Below, one piece after another: positions 46,348 to 56,151 of a DNA stretch of 64,000 nt (within the stretch, counting starts at the first letter, position 1; each line of letters starts with the position of its first letter). Below the pieces are notes generated by a model, which worked only from the letters and a program-made list of their open reading frames with translations, did not search any database and was not told the DNA's origin. The stretch comes from Candidatus Poseidoniales archaeon (GTDB lineage: Archaea > Thermoplasmatota > Poseidoniia > Poseidoniales > Thalassarchaeaceae). The stretch covers positions 100,855 to 164,854 of the forward strand of contig JAPOFX010000002.1 in NCBI GenBank assembly GCA_028283505.1, in the 5' to 3' direction. Made by a program: the position numbers and the translations under genes.

Positions 46348-47076
46348 ATGGAGGAACTGATACTAGTCGCGGTTGGCGCCTTCTTGGCGGCAGCGCTGAC
46401 GGTTCCGGCAGGCTTCGGCCTGTCCACCATGCTGACGCCGATGGTTCTCCTGTTGATGGGCCCTCATGAGGCTGTGGCCGTCGTCGCCATTGTACATGGG
46501 GCTCACAATGCGGGGAAGTTTGCCGCGTTGAAGGAGCATTTTGATTTCCACGCCTTTCGGAAATATGGCGTCTGGTTGGTTGTCGGTGCCATTCTTGGGG
46601 CACTACTGCAAAATAAAGTCCCACAGGCACCTCTATTGGCCATCATCGGAATCTTTCTCATCGTGTTGCCGTTGCTCACTATGAGTGAGAAGTGGACGGG
46701 CTACAGGATCCCAGAAGCCAATGACAGGGTCGGAGGCTTCGGATCTGGATTCATGGGCGGATTGTCAGGCCACCAGGGTGCGCTTCGCGCCATGTTCCTT
46801 ACCCGTAGGCTGCCGGATAAGATGGCCTATGCTGCGACTGCAAGTGTCCTTGCTTTGTGCGTTGACCTTTCGAGAATTCCGGTATATCTGTTCTTTAGGT
46901 TTGATGAGATTTCCTCTCACTTGAATCTCACACTTGTTTTGGTTGCATCCGCTCTCATCGGTGTCAACGTGGGTAAACGTTGGTTGAAATCGCTGAAGTC
47001 CGAATGGATTCACAATGGTGTTATGATTGGAATCGTTGCAAGTGGCATCTTCTACATCGCTGAAGCGATTGGGTGA
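46348..47076 (+). CDS. TauE/SafE-family (DUF81) anion exporter membrane protein
   Basis: Multi-TM, Gly/Ala-rich helices (PAGFGLSTMLTPMVLL, GFGSGFMGGLSGHQGALR) typical of TauE. Confidence 0.78.
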   Translation: MEELILVAVGAFLAAALTVPAGFGLSTMLTPMVLLLMGPHEAVAVVAIVHGAHNAGKFAALKEHFDFHAFRKYGVWLVVGAILGALLQNKVPQAPLLAIIGIFLIVLPLLTMSEKWTGYRIPEANDRVGGFGSGFMGGLSGHQGALRAMFLTRRLPDKMAYAATASVLALCVDLSRIPVYLFFRFDEISSHLNLTLVLVASALIGVNVGKRWLKSLKSEWIHNGVMIGIVASGIFYIAEAIG

Positions 47077-47098
47077 ATAGAAACTTTTCATTTGATTT

Positions 47099-47115
47099 CA
47101 TCTTCAATGAAGATG
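47099..47115. terminator. 7-bp stem hairpin between convergent genes
   Basis: CATCTTC-AAT-GAAGATG, preceded by a T-rich stretch. Lies between the TauE stop (47076) and the PAP2 stop (47202). Confidence 0.25.
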
Positions 47116-47201
47116 CGATGATGACTGCGAAGAATAGAAACCCTTGTGCAACTTCTATCAGACTTGGTGCTGCATCGATACCACCCATTGGTATACAACA
47201 A

Positions 47202-47993
47202 CTAGTTGCTCCAGCCTGACTCGGATGCGAGTTTGTCGGGGCCTCTCTCTTCGACCATGTCGATGACCTTGGTGAACATCCTCCAGAATACGAAAGCGAC
47301 TACCAGCCCTGTGACGAGATCGAACAGGTAGTGTTGCTTCGTAGCCAGGATGCTGACACAGAGCAGTGCCCACTCGACCCAGAGGAGTACCAAGAAGGGC
47401 TTGGCGAAGCGACTCTCGTGATGGTCCCTCTGGACCCAGTGCGTGATGAGTCTGGCCAGAAGGGTGGAGTGGACGATGTGGAGGCTGGGCCATGCGTTCC
47501 ATGGGTTGTCAGAGACGTGTATGAACGTGAACAGCGCCTCCTCCAGCCAGTTCGGGGGATTGGTCTCCCAGTGCGTGTCCAACTGGTCCCTGAGGTCTAT
47601 CTCAGCTGGAAGGAGTAGGAAGAAAAGCACGCAGAACATCGTGGCCATGAACAGGCCCTGGACACCCAGTGCCAACTCCATCCTTCCCCTGTCGTCCCTG
47701 GGGGCTAGGGCCAGTGTTACGGGGTAGAACAGGTAGAGGGCGACGTAGGGAATGATCAGCCAGTTGATCACGGGAAGGCTCCTATCCAGGGCAATCTCGG
47801 GATCCCACACTGTTTCGAGGTAGTGCGCCGCGATGTTGTTCGAGATGAAGTAGGGGGCACCTATGGAGAACATTCCAATGAAGAAGATGGAGATGAGGAA
47901 TGAGAATCCCCCCAATCCCTCCCTGCGTGACCAGATTGGCCTCCAGACTCCCTTCCAAGGCCTCAGAATCCTCAATGGCAGGTCCTCATCCAC
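47202..47993 (-). CDS. PAP2-superfamily membrane protein (phosphatase / lipid phosphotransferase-like)
   Basis: Multi-TM with WPSLHIVHS and TKQHYLFDLVTG (PAP2 C2/C3-like His/Asp motifs); GTG start. Confidence 0.62.
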   Translation of the reverse strand: MDEDLPLRILRPWKGVWRPIWSRREGLGGFSFLISIFFIGMFSIGAPYFISNNIAAHYLETVWDPEIALDRSLPVINWLIIPYVALYLFYPVTLALAPRDDRGRMELALGVQGLFMATMFCVLFFLLLPAEIDLRDQLDTHWETNPPNWLEEALFTFIHVSDNPWNAWPSLHIVHSTLLARLITHWVQRDHHESRFAKPFLVLLWVEWALLCVSILATKQHYLFDLVTGLVVAFVFWRMFTKVIDMVEERGPDKLASESGWSN

Positions 47994-48037
47994 ACGAAGC
48001 CCACTATGGATGAGGTCAAGAACTGACCGATTGTTAT

Positions 48038-48628
48038 CTAGTCTGACATTTCCAGGATTCTGTCAGAGAACATCTCGGCCTCTTGTTGGTTGTGAGTCAC
48101 AAGGATAGCAGGGCATTTTCTTTTCTTGAGGAGCTGGCGTACATCTTTCAACAATCTCACGGATAAGTCACTGTCTAAAGCGCTGAAGGGCTCATCCAGT
48201 AGAAGTACGTCTGGCTCAGCGAGTAGGGCTCTGGCTAGTGCCACCCTCTGGCCTTCTCCTCCCGATAGGTTCTCGACAGCTCTACCCTCGAACCCCGAGA
48301 GGCCGACTTCCTCAAGCGCTTCCTCGTGCCCTGACTTGGAGGCCAGAGAGAGGTTTCCGGAGACTGACAAGTGTGGGTACAAAACAGGCCTTTGGAAAAT
48401 CAGTCCTATGCCTCTGTCCTCAGCCTCGAAATTCGTGATATCGGTCTCGTTCAGCCTGATTGTTCCCGAATCCAAGGATTCTAGTCCGCAGATGCATCTC
48501 AATAGCGTGGACTTGCCACAACCAGAGGGACCCAACACAGCGAGGATCTCCCCGGGTCCGAGATGGATATCTAGATTCTTAAATAGGGTCTTGTCGAATG
48601 CCTTCGTCAGCGCTTCGCAGTCCAGCAT
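48038..48628 (-). CDS. ABC transporter ATP-binding protein (short, ThiQ/FbpC-like, no C-terminal regulatory domain)
   Basis: Walker [10 protein letters not shown], signature LSGGEGQRVALARA, Walker B LLLDEPFSALD. ATGA overlap with the permease gene. Confidence 0.88.
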   Translation of the reverse strand: MLDCEALTKAFDKTLFKNLDIHLGPGEILAVLGPSGCGKSTLLRCICGLESLDSGTIRLNETDITNFEAEDRGIGLIFQRPVLYPHLSVSGNLSLASKSGHEEALEEVGLSGFEGRAVENLSGGEGQRVALARALLAEPDVLLLDEPFSALDSDLSVRLLKDVRQLLKKRKCPAILVTHNQQEAEMFSDRILEMSD

Positions 48629-50298
48629 CAGAACATCCCCCCGTCTCTGTTGTTACGAAATCTCTCTGCGAACATAAACAGTCCCATTGTTATCAGCATC
48701 AGAACTGTGGCCACGGCATTCGATGCCGGTGCTGACAACGGATCTTTCATCGGTTTGGCCCTCCAAGCGTCAATGAGCAGGGGCATAGTAGTCCAGTCTG
48801 AATTCTTCGCTACAATGAAGGATGCTCCGAATTCACCCAATGACATTGCAATGACGAATATCGAGGATATGATAATCGATCCCTTCAGGAGAGGTATCTT
48901 GATCTTGACAAATCTGGAGAATTCACCCATCCCCAGGACTCGCGCATTCTCGTCATAGGAATTGTCGAGGGACCTTATTGCAGGTAGCATGATCCTGACT
49001 ACGAATGGGGTTGTGAGCATGATGTGAGCCAGTGAGGGGAGCGCCCAGAATTGGTATGCCGAGGATACGTCCAGCTTGATTATTCCAAGAAGAACTCCTA
49101 GTCCTACCATCGCCGCGCTGAGCGCGAAGGGTAGCATCGTGAAAACGTCAAGAAGCCTTGCTAGATTGGGGCTTCTCTTCTCCAGATCGTTGATCGTTGT
49201 TGCCAGGGCATAGCCAAGAGGTAGTGCTACGAGGATGGTAATTGTCGCATATCCGAGCGAGTTCAGGATTGCCTCAGACATTGGAGCGAATGAGAATGAC
49301 CCATGATATGCTTGATTCCAACCATCAGTTCCCCAGCGAAATCCACCACCGCTATCCCCCAGATCACGGATTCTGAAGGAGCCGATGACGACTGAGATCA
49401 GTGGTAGAACAGCAAAAATCAACGCTGGCACGATCACTAGCCAGCCACGTGAGTTTGGTTTGCGGACATGTTCCGGACGCGCCTGTGGGAGTATTGCTTT
49501 CCTGTCACGCTGGATCACGGAGGTCAGCCAGAGGGAGGTCAACAGAATCGTGAACTGAATCAGTGAGGCGCCCATCACGATGTCTGAAGTCGGTTCCATG
49601 TAACCTTGGATGCCGGCGGATGACGAAACCTCTGCCATCACGCTCTCCAGGGTATTGTCCCTCACTGTTATCCATCGGACCAAAGCGAACGAGGTGAACG
49701 AGAAGACGAAGGTCATGCACGCCGCCGCCACTACAGAGGGCAACAACAAAGGGACCCAGAGATTCTTGAGTCTTGAAGCTCTTGTTCTACCATGAGGCAA
49801 CAAGCGCAACTGCTCTTCCAAGGCAGGATCTAGTTTGGACAGGAGAGGCTCGCAGAAACGGATGATCAAAGCCATGTTGAACCAAGCATGAGATATTATC
49901 AGTGTCCACCACCACGTATTTTCATTGGTCCTAATATTCAGTCCGTGGGGGCCCACTATAGTCAGTATTCCCATGGCGGCGATTATTGATGGTATGACGA
50001 AAGGTAATGTCAGAACTGTCCTTATCAGAGACTCGAAAGGCCATCTGTGACGACCAAGGGACCAAGCTATCGGGAGGCTGATTATTATTGTCAGGAGAGT
50101 CGATGAGACCGCTTGGACTAGAGTGAATTCCAATACGTTCTGGGAAATATAATTCTCGCTCAATGACTTGGTCCAGTCATACGGATTAGGGCCTGTCACA
50201 AGGATAAGTCTTTGAGTAGCTAGGCCGATTGGTACGAGTATTAGCATTGAGTAAAGCATGACCGCGAATGCGCTTGCTAGCCTTCTCAAATCATTCAC
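48628..50298 (-). CDS. two-module ABC transporter permease (ThiP/FbpB-like, thiamine or Fe(III) type)
   Basis: 556 aa, about 12 TM, internal duplication typical of ThiP-type permeases; GTG start. Confidence 0.83.
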   Translation of the reverse strand: MNDLRRLASAFAVMLYSMLILVPIGLATQRLILVTGPNPYDWTKSLSENYISQNVLEFTLVQAVSSTLLTIIISLPIAWSLGRHRWPFESLIRTVLTLPFVIPSIIAAMGILTIVGPHGLNIRTNENTWWWTLIISHAWFNMALIIRFCEPLLSKLDPALEEQLRLLPHGRTRASRLKNLWVPLLLPSVVAAACMTFVFSFTSFALVRWITVRDNTLESVMAEVSSSAGIQGYMEPTSDIVMGASLIQFTILLTSLWLTSVIQRDRKAILPQARPEHVRKPNSRGWLVIVPALIFAVLPLISVVIGSFRIRDLGDSGGGFRWGTDGWNQAYHGSFSFAPMSEAILNSLGYATITILVALPLGYALATTINDLEKRSPNLARLLDVFTMLPFALSAAMVGLGVLLGIIKLDVSSAYQFWALPSLAHIMLTTPFVVRIMLPAIRSLDNSYDENARVLGMGEFSRFVKIKIPLLKGSIIISSIFVIAMSLGEFGASFIVAKNSDWTTMPLLIDAWRAKPMKDPLSAPASNAVATVLMLITMGLFMFAERFRNNRDGGMF

Positions 50299-51400
50299 CT
50301 GAAGTCATGGCAGAGTTCCATTCCTCAAGCCATAACTCAATATTCTCTGAGATATCATTCATGGAAATCTGAGATGGCTGTTGAGGGATGACTGAGTTGA
50401 GCAGATATCCATTTTCCTCAGGTAAATCCTGGCCCTCTAGGACTGAGTACATCAGATTCTCTGTTGGCATCAGGGAGTTTACCTCTGGTGAAATTAGGTA
50501 ATTTATGAATTCGCTGGCGGTCTCAATGTTTCCTCCATTCACGGCTGCTGCATATTCTACCTGCAAGAAGGATGTTTTCGGGAGATCCAGGGAGGCTGAC
50601 TTCGTCCAATTTTCGTTGTACCATGACTCAACTCCCGGAGAGTGGCAGTACGAGACAGTGATGTGTGCATCCCCGATATGCCCCTCGGTCCATTCCCCGT
50701 ATCCTCCCGTGTAGTGAGTCTCGTAGGCCTCGGACCATCCTGATGTGATGATTACATCGTTGTCCTTCATTGCAGTCCACCAGCTACTGAATTCATCATT
50801 GCCATCCTCCCAGTCAAAGTAGTCAAGCGTTGCCAGCATGAATGCCCTTCCCGGGCTACTTGTAACTGGTGAGGGGAGAGCTACTTTACCCCTCCATTCC
50901 TCCTCGGTAAGGTTCCAAAGGGAAGTTGGGACCGTCAAATTCTCGCCATCGACTTGATCCGTGTCGTAGTTGAGGCATACATAGCCCATGTCAAACGGCG
51001 TTGCTAGGGGACCGGAATAGGGCCCAAGGGCATCATTTCTAATGCCAACTTGATCCACATCGCTTTCAGCTAGAAGGTCGAATTCGATTGCGGTTCCAAG
51101 AAAGTTATTGTCCATACCAATGGCCAAATCCACGTCTTCTCTTCCTTGGTGTTGGATCAGATAGTCAAGAATAGACCCAGCATCATTCAGCTTGAGAATA
51201 GTGACGCTGATTCCCGTCTCATTTTCAAATTCCTCTATCACCTCATCAGTGAGCGCGTATACGTCATATGTCACTATAACAAGCTCCCTGTCATTCTCAG
51301 TATCGCCAACGCATCCCGAGAGGGGGATTGTAAGCAGTAGCATTACCATGACCATGTTAGTTATTTTCGGGCTTTTTTCGTTTTTGTTCGTATTTGTCAT
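50291..51400 (-). CDS. ABC transporter substrate-binding lipoprotein (ThiB/Fe(III)-binding family)
   Basis: Lipobox IPLSGC, then LVIVTYDVYALTDEVIEEFENETGISV. GGAGG lies 8 nt upstream of ATG 51400. Confidence 0.83.
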   Translation of the reverse strand: MTNTNKNEKSPKITNMVMVMLLLTIPLSGCVGDTENDRELVIVTYDVYALTDEVIEEFENETGISVTILKLNDAGSILDYLIQHQGREDVDLAIGMDNNFLGTAIEFDLLAESDVDQVGIRNDALGPYSGPLATPFDMGYVCLNYDTDQVDGENLTVPTSLWNLTEEEWRGKVALPSPVTSSPGRAFMLATLDYFDWEDGNDEFSSWWTAMKDNDVIITSGWSEAYETHYTGGYGEWTEGHIGDAHITVSYCHSPGVESWYNENWTKSASLDLPKTSFLQVEYAAAVNGGNIETASEFINYLISPEVNSLMPTENLMYSVLEGQDLPEENGYLLNSVIPQQPSQISMNDISENIELWLEEWNSAMTSGE

Positions 51401-51521
51401 TTCACTTCCTCCGCTGGCATTACCCAGATCAGGTCTGTGGGTCGCCACACGGGGTGGCCTCTCAGCAAATGCTCCCCAGTAATGTTTTCCAAATCGGCAG
51501 GATACATTAACTTTGACTTAG

Positions 51522-53213
51522 TCATTCTTGTTGCATGAACGGGTAGGTCCAATCTTGGGGAGGCTCGAGGGTTCTCTTGACTGACCTCGGGCTGATCCAC
51601 CTAAGTAGGTTCAGAGGACCACCAGCTTTGTCATTCGTCCCCGATGCCCTCGCCCCTCCGAATGGTTGCTGTGCAACAACTGCTCCAGTCGGTTTATCGT
51701 TGATGTAGAAGTTTCCAGCTGTGAATCGGAGTGCCTCGTATGCCTTCTGGATGTTATCCTCATTGGTTGAGAAGATTGAGCCAGTTAGGGCATATGGGGA
51801 GGCCTCGTCACAGACTTTCAGAATAGCATCGAATTCGTCGTCGTCATACAGGTACACTGTAAGGACCGGCCCGAAGATTTCCTCGATCATGGACTCTGAA
51901 TTGGGATCTTCGGTCAGGATGATTGTTGGCTCAATGAAATAGCCCAAGGAATCGTCATATCCTCCGCCGCAGAACACCTGACATGAATCCCTTTCTGAGG
52001 CTCTTTGGATGTACCCAGATATCTTGTCGAACGCTCTCTTGTCTATCACAGCGGTCATGAAGTTGGTGAAGTCTCTAGCATCGCCCATTGCAATCTTGCC
52101 AATCTCATCGGCTAGTTCTCCGGATATCTCATTCCACACCGAACGGGGGATGTATGCGCGGCTGGCGGCTGAGCACTTCTGTCCCTGGTATTCGAAAGCC
52201 CCTCTCAGCAAGGCTACGACCAGCCCCCTTCTGTCGCAGTCTGGATGGGCGACGATGAAGTCCTTGCCCCCCGTCTCGCCGACGATTCGGGGATATGAAT
52301 TGAGCTTGGGCAGAGCTAGTCCGATTTCCTGCCATAGGCCCTGGAAGGTAGCTGTGGAACCAGTGAAGTGCAATCCAGCGAAATTGGGGTTCGATAGTGC
52401 AACTTCAGTAATCTCTGCACCCGAGCCGGGAAGGAAGTTGATTACCCCCGGGGGGAGTCCTGCTTCCATCATCAGCCTCATCAGGTAGTAGTTGGAGTAG
52501 TACGAGTTCCTGCTGGGCTTCCAGACACTGGTGCAGCCCACTATTGCAGGCGCGCTTGGAAGGTTCGCCGCAATGCTCGTGAAGTTGAATGGGGTGATTG
52601 AGAGTACGAAGCCCTCGAGAGGCCTGATATCTGTCGAGTTAACGACTCCCTCTGGGGAGACTAGTGGCTGGAAGTCATCATGGAACCCCCTTGCATAGTG
52701 GCAGTTGAACCTCCAGAAGTCAATGAGCTCGCAGGCGGAGTCAATCTCTGCTTGGAACACGGTCTTGGACTGGTTGAGCATTGTGGATACATTCACCCTC
52801 ATCCTCCAATCCCCAGCGAGTAGGTCTGCGCACTTCTCGAAAATCTTGCATCTCTCCTCAAGTCCCATTTCGATCCAGGATCTCTGAGCATTGACAGCTG
52901 CTGAGCAGGCTGATTCCATCTCCTCTCTACCAGCCAGATGGACATTGGCGAGAACGTGCCCGTGGTTGTGGGGGATGACCTGCGGTATCGTGTGTCCGGT
53001 ATAGACCTCCTCTCCATTGATTATACAGGGTATCTCGATAATCTCAGACATCTGCCTGTCAATCTCTTGAATTATGGAGTTCCTTTCAGGACTCCCCGGA
53101 GAATATCCCAGCACAGGCTCATTCATTGGTTGCTCAGTCATGGTGTCCGCTGATGACTCCCATCTAACATTGTTACTGTCGGAAGGAGTCTGATTTTTCG
53201 CTACTTCCACCAC
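51522..53213 (-). CDS. L-glutamate gamma-semialdehyde (1-pyrroline-5-carboxylate) dehydrogenase, ALDH superfamily
   Basis: FTGSTATF, VGETGGKDF, GQKCSAASR (catalytic Cys), EIFGPV. Alternative ATG start at 53141. Confidence 0.87.
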   Translation of the reverse strand: MVEVAKNQTPSDSNNVRWESSADTMTEQPMNEPVLGYSPGSPERNSIIQEIDRQMSEIIEIPCIINGEEVYTGHTIPQVIPHNHGHVLANVHLAGREEMESACSAAVNAQRSWIEMGLEERCKIFEKCADLLAGDWRMRVNVSTMLNQSKTVFQAEIDSACELIDFWRFNCHYARGFHDDFQPLVSPEGVVNSTDIRPLEGFVLSITPFNFTSIAANLPSAPAIVGCTSVWKPSRNSYYSNYYLMRLMMEAGLPPGVINFLPGSGAEITEVALSNPNFAGLHFTGSTATFQGLWQEIGLALPKLNSYPRIVGETGGKDFIVAHPDCDRRGLVVALLRGAFEYQGQKCSAASRAYIPRSVWNEISGELADEIGKIAMGDARDFTNFMTAVIDKRAFDKISGYIQRASERDSCQVFCGGGYDDSLGYFIEPTIILTEDPNSESMIEEIFGPVLTVYLYDDDEFDAILKVCDEASPYALTGSIFSTNEDNIQKAYEALRFTAGNFYINDKPTGAVVAQQPFGGARASGTNDKAGGPLNLLRWISPRSVKRTLEPPQDWTYPFMQQE

Positions 53214-53878
53214 TCCTTTTCTTGTGTGGCTTTTGCCACAGGGCTTGGTTTGCCTCTTATTGATTCTAAGTATTCCTCATACCCTTCTTTTGAGGCAAAT
53301 GATTCTAATTCTTTAATGAAAACCCACTGTCCATCATCAACATTCCATTGCTTCCTGCCCATGGGGAGTTCAAAGCCATCGTATGGAAACCATCCTCCAT
53401 TAAACCAGTCCTTACTACCGGAGTCATCCCGGTCATCAAGACTCCAGCCGGGTGACCCGCCCTCGTTCTGAGCATAGTAGTAGAGACGATGAGAGGAATC
53501 TCGTTTCCTGAACCAATCCCTGCCGTTTATGGCCTCTGACTGTCTTAGGTAGTCTCCTAAGTATGCCGAATCAGGATGCTCGGTGATTGATATGCCATCG
53601 GGCCCAGGAGGAAGCTTTCTGGGAATTGATCCCGGGTCTTCTTTGGTACTAATCCACCCAAACATGGCACTCAGACCCATAAATTGAACTAAGAGTCCCA
53701 CCAAAAAGAACGGTATTGCGAAAGCTGTCAGAAATATAGTTTCAGATATACCTGCATCCATACCACGGAATTCACCAAATATCAAGAACGGCACCAGTGT
53801 GAATGGGAGCCCGAAGAAGAAAAGGAATACGCCACCAAAGAATTGAGTAATTCTTTCGGCGATACTCTCTGAATCCAT
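53201..53878 (-). CDS. membrane protein (2-3 TM) with Trp/Asp-rich soluble C-terminal domain, hypothetical
   Basis: TMs FFGGVFLFFFGLPFTLVPFLIF and FLTAFAIPFFLVGLLVQFMGL. ATG 53878 avoids overlap with the upstream gene. Confidence 0.5.
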   Translation of the reverse strand: MDSESIAERITQFFGGVFLFFFGLPFTLVPFLIFGEFRGMDAGISETIFLTAFAIPFFLVGLLVQFMGLSAMFGWISTKEDPGSIPRKLPPGPDGISITEHPDSAYLGDYLRQSEAINGRDWFRKRDSSHRLYYYAQNEGGSPGWSLDDRDDSGSKDWFNGGWFPYDGFELPMGRKQWNVDDGQWVFIKELESFASKEGYEEYLESIRGKPSPVAKATQEKEWWK

Positions 53879-53895
53879 TCGTGCAGCTCCATTGA

Positions 53896-54180
53896 TCAGG
53901 ACCATTCGGTGGGCTCGTCCTTCTTCGCCTTCTTCCAGGCGCGATAGCATGACTTGCAGACGGTTATCCTTCTGGAGTCCCTATTCAACCCTGACTCGCC
54001 CCATACGTCCGCGGCCCTATCGAATGCTAGCTTTCTTCCTCCTACCTTCTTGTCGGCCCAGTTTCCACAGCCTGAGACATCGCATTTCACCTGGCCCACG
54101 AATTCCTCTTCGGATTTCTTTTTACCTTCTGGCCCAGTGAATCGCTCTCTTCTCTTGCGGGCGTTGGACTTGAAACCCAT
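53896..54180 (-). CDS. small basic protein with 4 Cys (putative zinc-binding)
   Basis: CDVSGC ... CKSC spacing, Lys/Arg-rich termini, ATG start, 94 aa. Confidence 0.5.
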   Translation of the reverse strand: MGFKSNARKRRERFTGPEGKKKSEEEFVGQVKCDVSGCGNWADKKVGGRKLAFDRAADVWGESGLNRDSRRITVCKSCYRAWKKAKKDEPTEWS

Positions 54181-54203
54181 ACAATACCGTGATGGCTAGT
54201 AAA

Positions 54204-55550
54204 TTAGAAGGTTGTCACTTCTGGGTCAACATCGAAAGGTCCGCCAAGGCTAGCGATTGAAGCTCTTCTATCGGGCCCTATTCCTATGCTGACGATGGGG
54301 ATCCCTGATAGCTCCTCGATCCTCCTGACATACGAGAGGGCGGTCTCTGGGAGCACTTCGAAGCCCTTCCTGTCTGATCTTGAGAGTTCTGCCATCTCTA
54401 TCCACTCCTGTTCTTTCAAGGCGGGGAAGCCTGGATGTCTTTCGTAAACTGGCACGCATCGAGCGAGATCGTGGCTACTGGTTGGCATGTAATCAATTAT
54501 CTGGCCATCCAAGTCGTAGCCTGTGCATATGTTTAGCTCGTCTAATCCCCCGAGAACGTCTAGTTTCGTCAGGACGATTCCGGTGTAGCCATTCACCCTG
54601 TGGCTGTCCTTGAGTGATACCATGTCTAACCACCCCGTTCTTCTGGGCCTTCCAGTGGTCGTTCCGAACTCGTGGCCGACCATTGCCATATGATTGCCAG
54701 GACCTGTGTCGTATGGCAGTTCGGTCGGGAATGGCCCATTCCCGACTCTGGTCGTGTATGCCTTCGATATCCCGAAACAGTTCTCGACATGACCGGGGTG
54801 AATTCCGGCCCCGTGAGTTGCATTGGCTCTACTGGTGACCGATGATGTGACGAATGGATATGTTCCCTGATCGATATCGAGCATTGCCCCCTGGGCCCCC
54901 TCTAACAGGACATTTTCACCGTTCTTGAGGGCCTTGTCAATCATCGCGCCAGTGGCCCTTATTGCGTCTCCGAATCTATCCATTATCCACTCCAGGTCGG
55001 CGACGAAGTCTTTCCTCTCTATCTTCTCGTTGACACCAACGGAGTCTAACTGCATGTTCATTCGGGAAACAATTTTATTGATCTCGTCACTGTTACCAAT
55101 CACAAACGGTATATCTACAAATCTGATTCCTACCCTCTCGATTCTGTCCCTGTATGCCGGACCTATCCCTCTACCAGTTGTGCCGACCACCTTGTCGGCA
55201 CTATCGTACATCCTGTGAAAGGGTAGTATCACTGAGGCTCGTTCGCTAATGAAAAGCCTCTCCCCCTCGGGCCTTTCTTTTGTCAGACTGTACCATCTGT
55301 CAAGCTCCTCCTCTAAGACCCATGGGTCAACTACCATGCCATCCCCCAGGACCAAATTGCAATGAGAAGATGTGACTCCCGAAGGAATTTGGTGAAGTTT
55401 GAGGGTGGTATCTCCTAGGACAATTGTGTGACCTGCATTGTTCCCACCTTGGAACCTTACGGCCCAGTTGGATTCGTTGGCTAGCTGGTCTATGGCCTTG
55501 CCCTTACCCTCATCTCCCCATTGGGCTCCAAGTACTACGCTGGCGGGCAC
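54204..55550 (-). CDS. purA: adenylosuccinate synthase
   Basis: GAQWGDEGKGK P-loop, GGNNAGHT, TTGRGIGP, GTTTGRPRR. I prefer GTG 55550 (VPASVVLGAQWGDEGKGK). The track start 55613 is TTG. Confidence 0.92.
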   Translation of the reverse strand: MPASVVLGAQWGDEGKGKAIDQLANESNWAVRFQGGNNAGHTIVLGDTTLKLHQIPSGVTSSHCNLVLGDGMVVDPWVLEEELDRWYSLTKERPEGERLFISERASVILPFHRMYDSADKVVGTTGRGIGPAYRDRIERVGIRFVDIPFVIGNSDEINKIVSRMNMQLDSVGVNEKIERKDFVADLEWIMDRFGDAIRATGAMIDKALKNGENVLLEGAQGAMLDIDQGTYPFVTSSVTSRANATHGAGIHPGHVENCFGISKAYTTRVGNGPFPTELPYDTGPGNHMAMVGHEFGTTTGRPRRTGWLDMVSLKDSHRVNGYTGIVLTKLDVLGGLDELNICTGYDLDGQIIDYMPTSSHDLARCVPVYERHPGFPALKEQEWIEMAELSRSDRKGFEVLPETALSYVRRIEELSGIPIVSIGIGPDRRASIASLGGPFDVDPEVTTF

Positions 55551-55660
55551 CAAGGGACGTCCAATGCAGAAGGTGTTTGAATGCTTTGGATGAGAATGCC
55601 GATTTTCTGACAAGAATTTGTCACGAAGTGGTTATGTATGGCTTGTAGGTCGGCGGGAAC

Positions 55661-55816
55661 ATGGCACAGAGGCACGCGGTGGCTGAGGCTAGGCTACTGA
55701 AGAAGTGGATTTGCATGAAGTGCTCAGCTACACACAGAGGTAGCAAGCCTAGTTCATGTAGAAAATGTGGTTACAAGAACTTCAGGCCTAAGGCTGCTGA
55801 GAGAAGGAAGACCTGA
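55661..55816 (+). CDS. rpl40e: 50S ribosomal protein L40e
   Basis: MAQRHAVAEARLLKKWICMKCSATHRGSKPSSCRKCGYKNFRPKAAERRKT (51 aa, C4 ribbon). Below the ORF-track length cutoff. Confidence 0.85.
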   Translation: MAQRHAVAEARLLKKWICMKCSATHRGSKPSSCRKCGYKNFRPKAAERRKT

Positions 55817-55818
55817 TC

Positions 55819-56097
55819 TCACTTACTCTTTTTGTTCTCTGACATTAGGGTCTCCAGAGCTGTTTGAATTTGTAGGCAAAGTGGGCCATAGTGAATGGGC
55901 AGGTTTGCATCATTGAATATTTCATCTAGCTTCGAGGCAGTCATTCCCAGCCTCACATCCATATCCTTTTTTTTGTTCAGTAGCCAGTTATCGACCGCCT
56001 CTTTTGCTGAGGCTCTGATATTTCTTGGCACCTGCGTGTCATCTAGTTGTCCCAGCACTTGGGCTATCTGTTCAATCCTAGTCTCCACGTCTGACAA
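55819..56097 (-). CDS. UPF0147-family archaeal protein
   Basis: DDTQVPRNIRASAKEA...LDEIFNDANLPIH resembles the UPF0147 pattern; TTG start. Confidence 0.7.
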   Translation of the reverse strand: MSDVETRIEQIAQVLGQLDDTQVPRNIRASAKEAVDNWLLNKKKDMDVRLGMTASKLDEIFNDANLPIHYGPLCLQIQTALETLMSENKKSK

Positions 56098-56151
56098 GTG
56101 ACCACCATGTTGACCGGGCTGTGGGCCCTCCTTAAGCGCATCCCCATCAGG

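Noticed and set aside
47085-47131. MITE-like miniature element between the 10-bp direct repeats
   Set aside because: No terminal inverted repeats are present, and only an internal 7-bp hairpin. I saw no other copy in the window.
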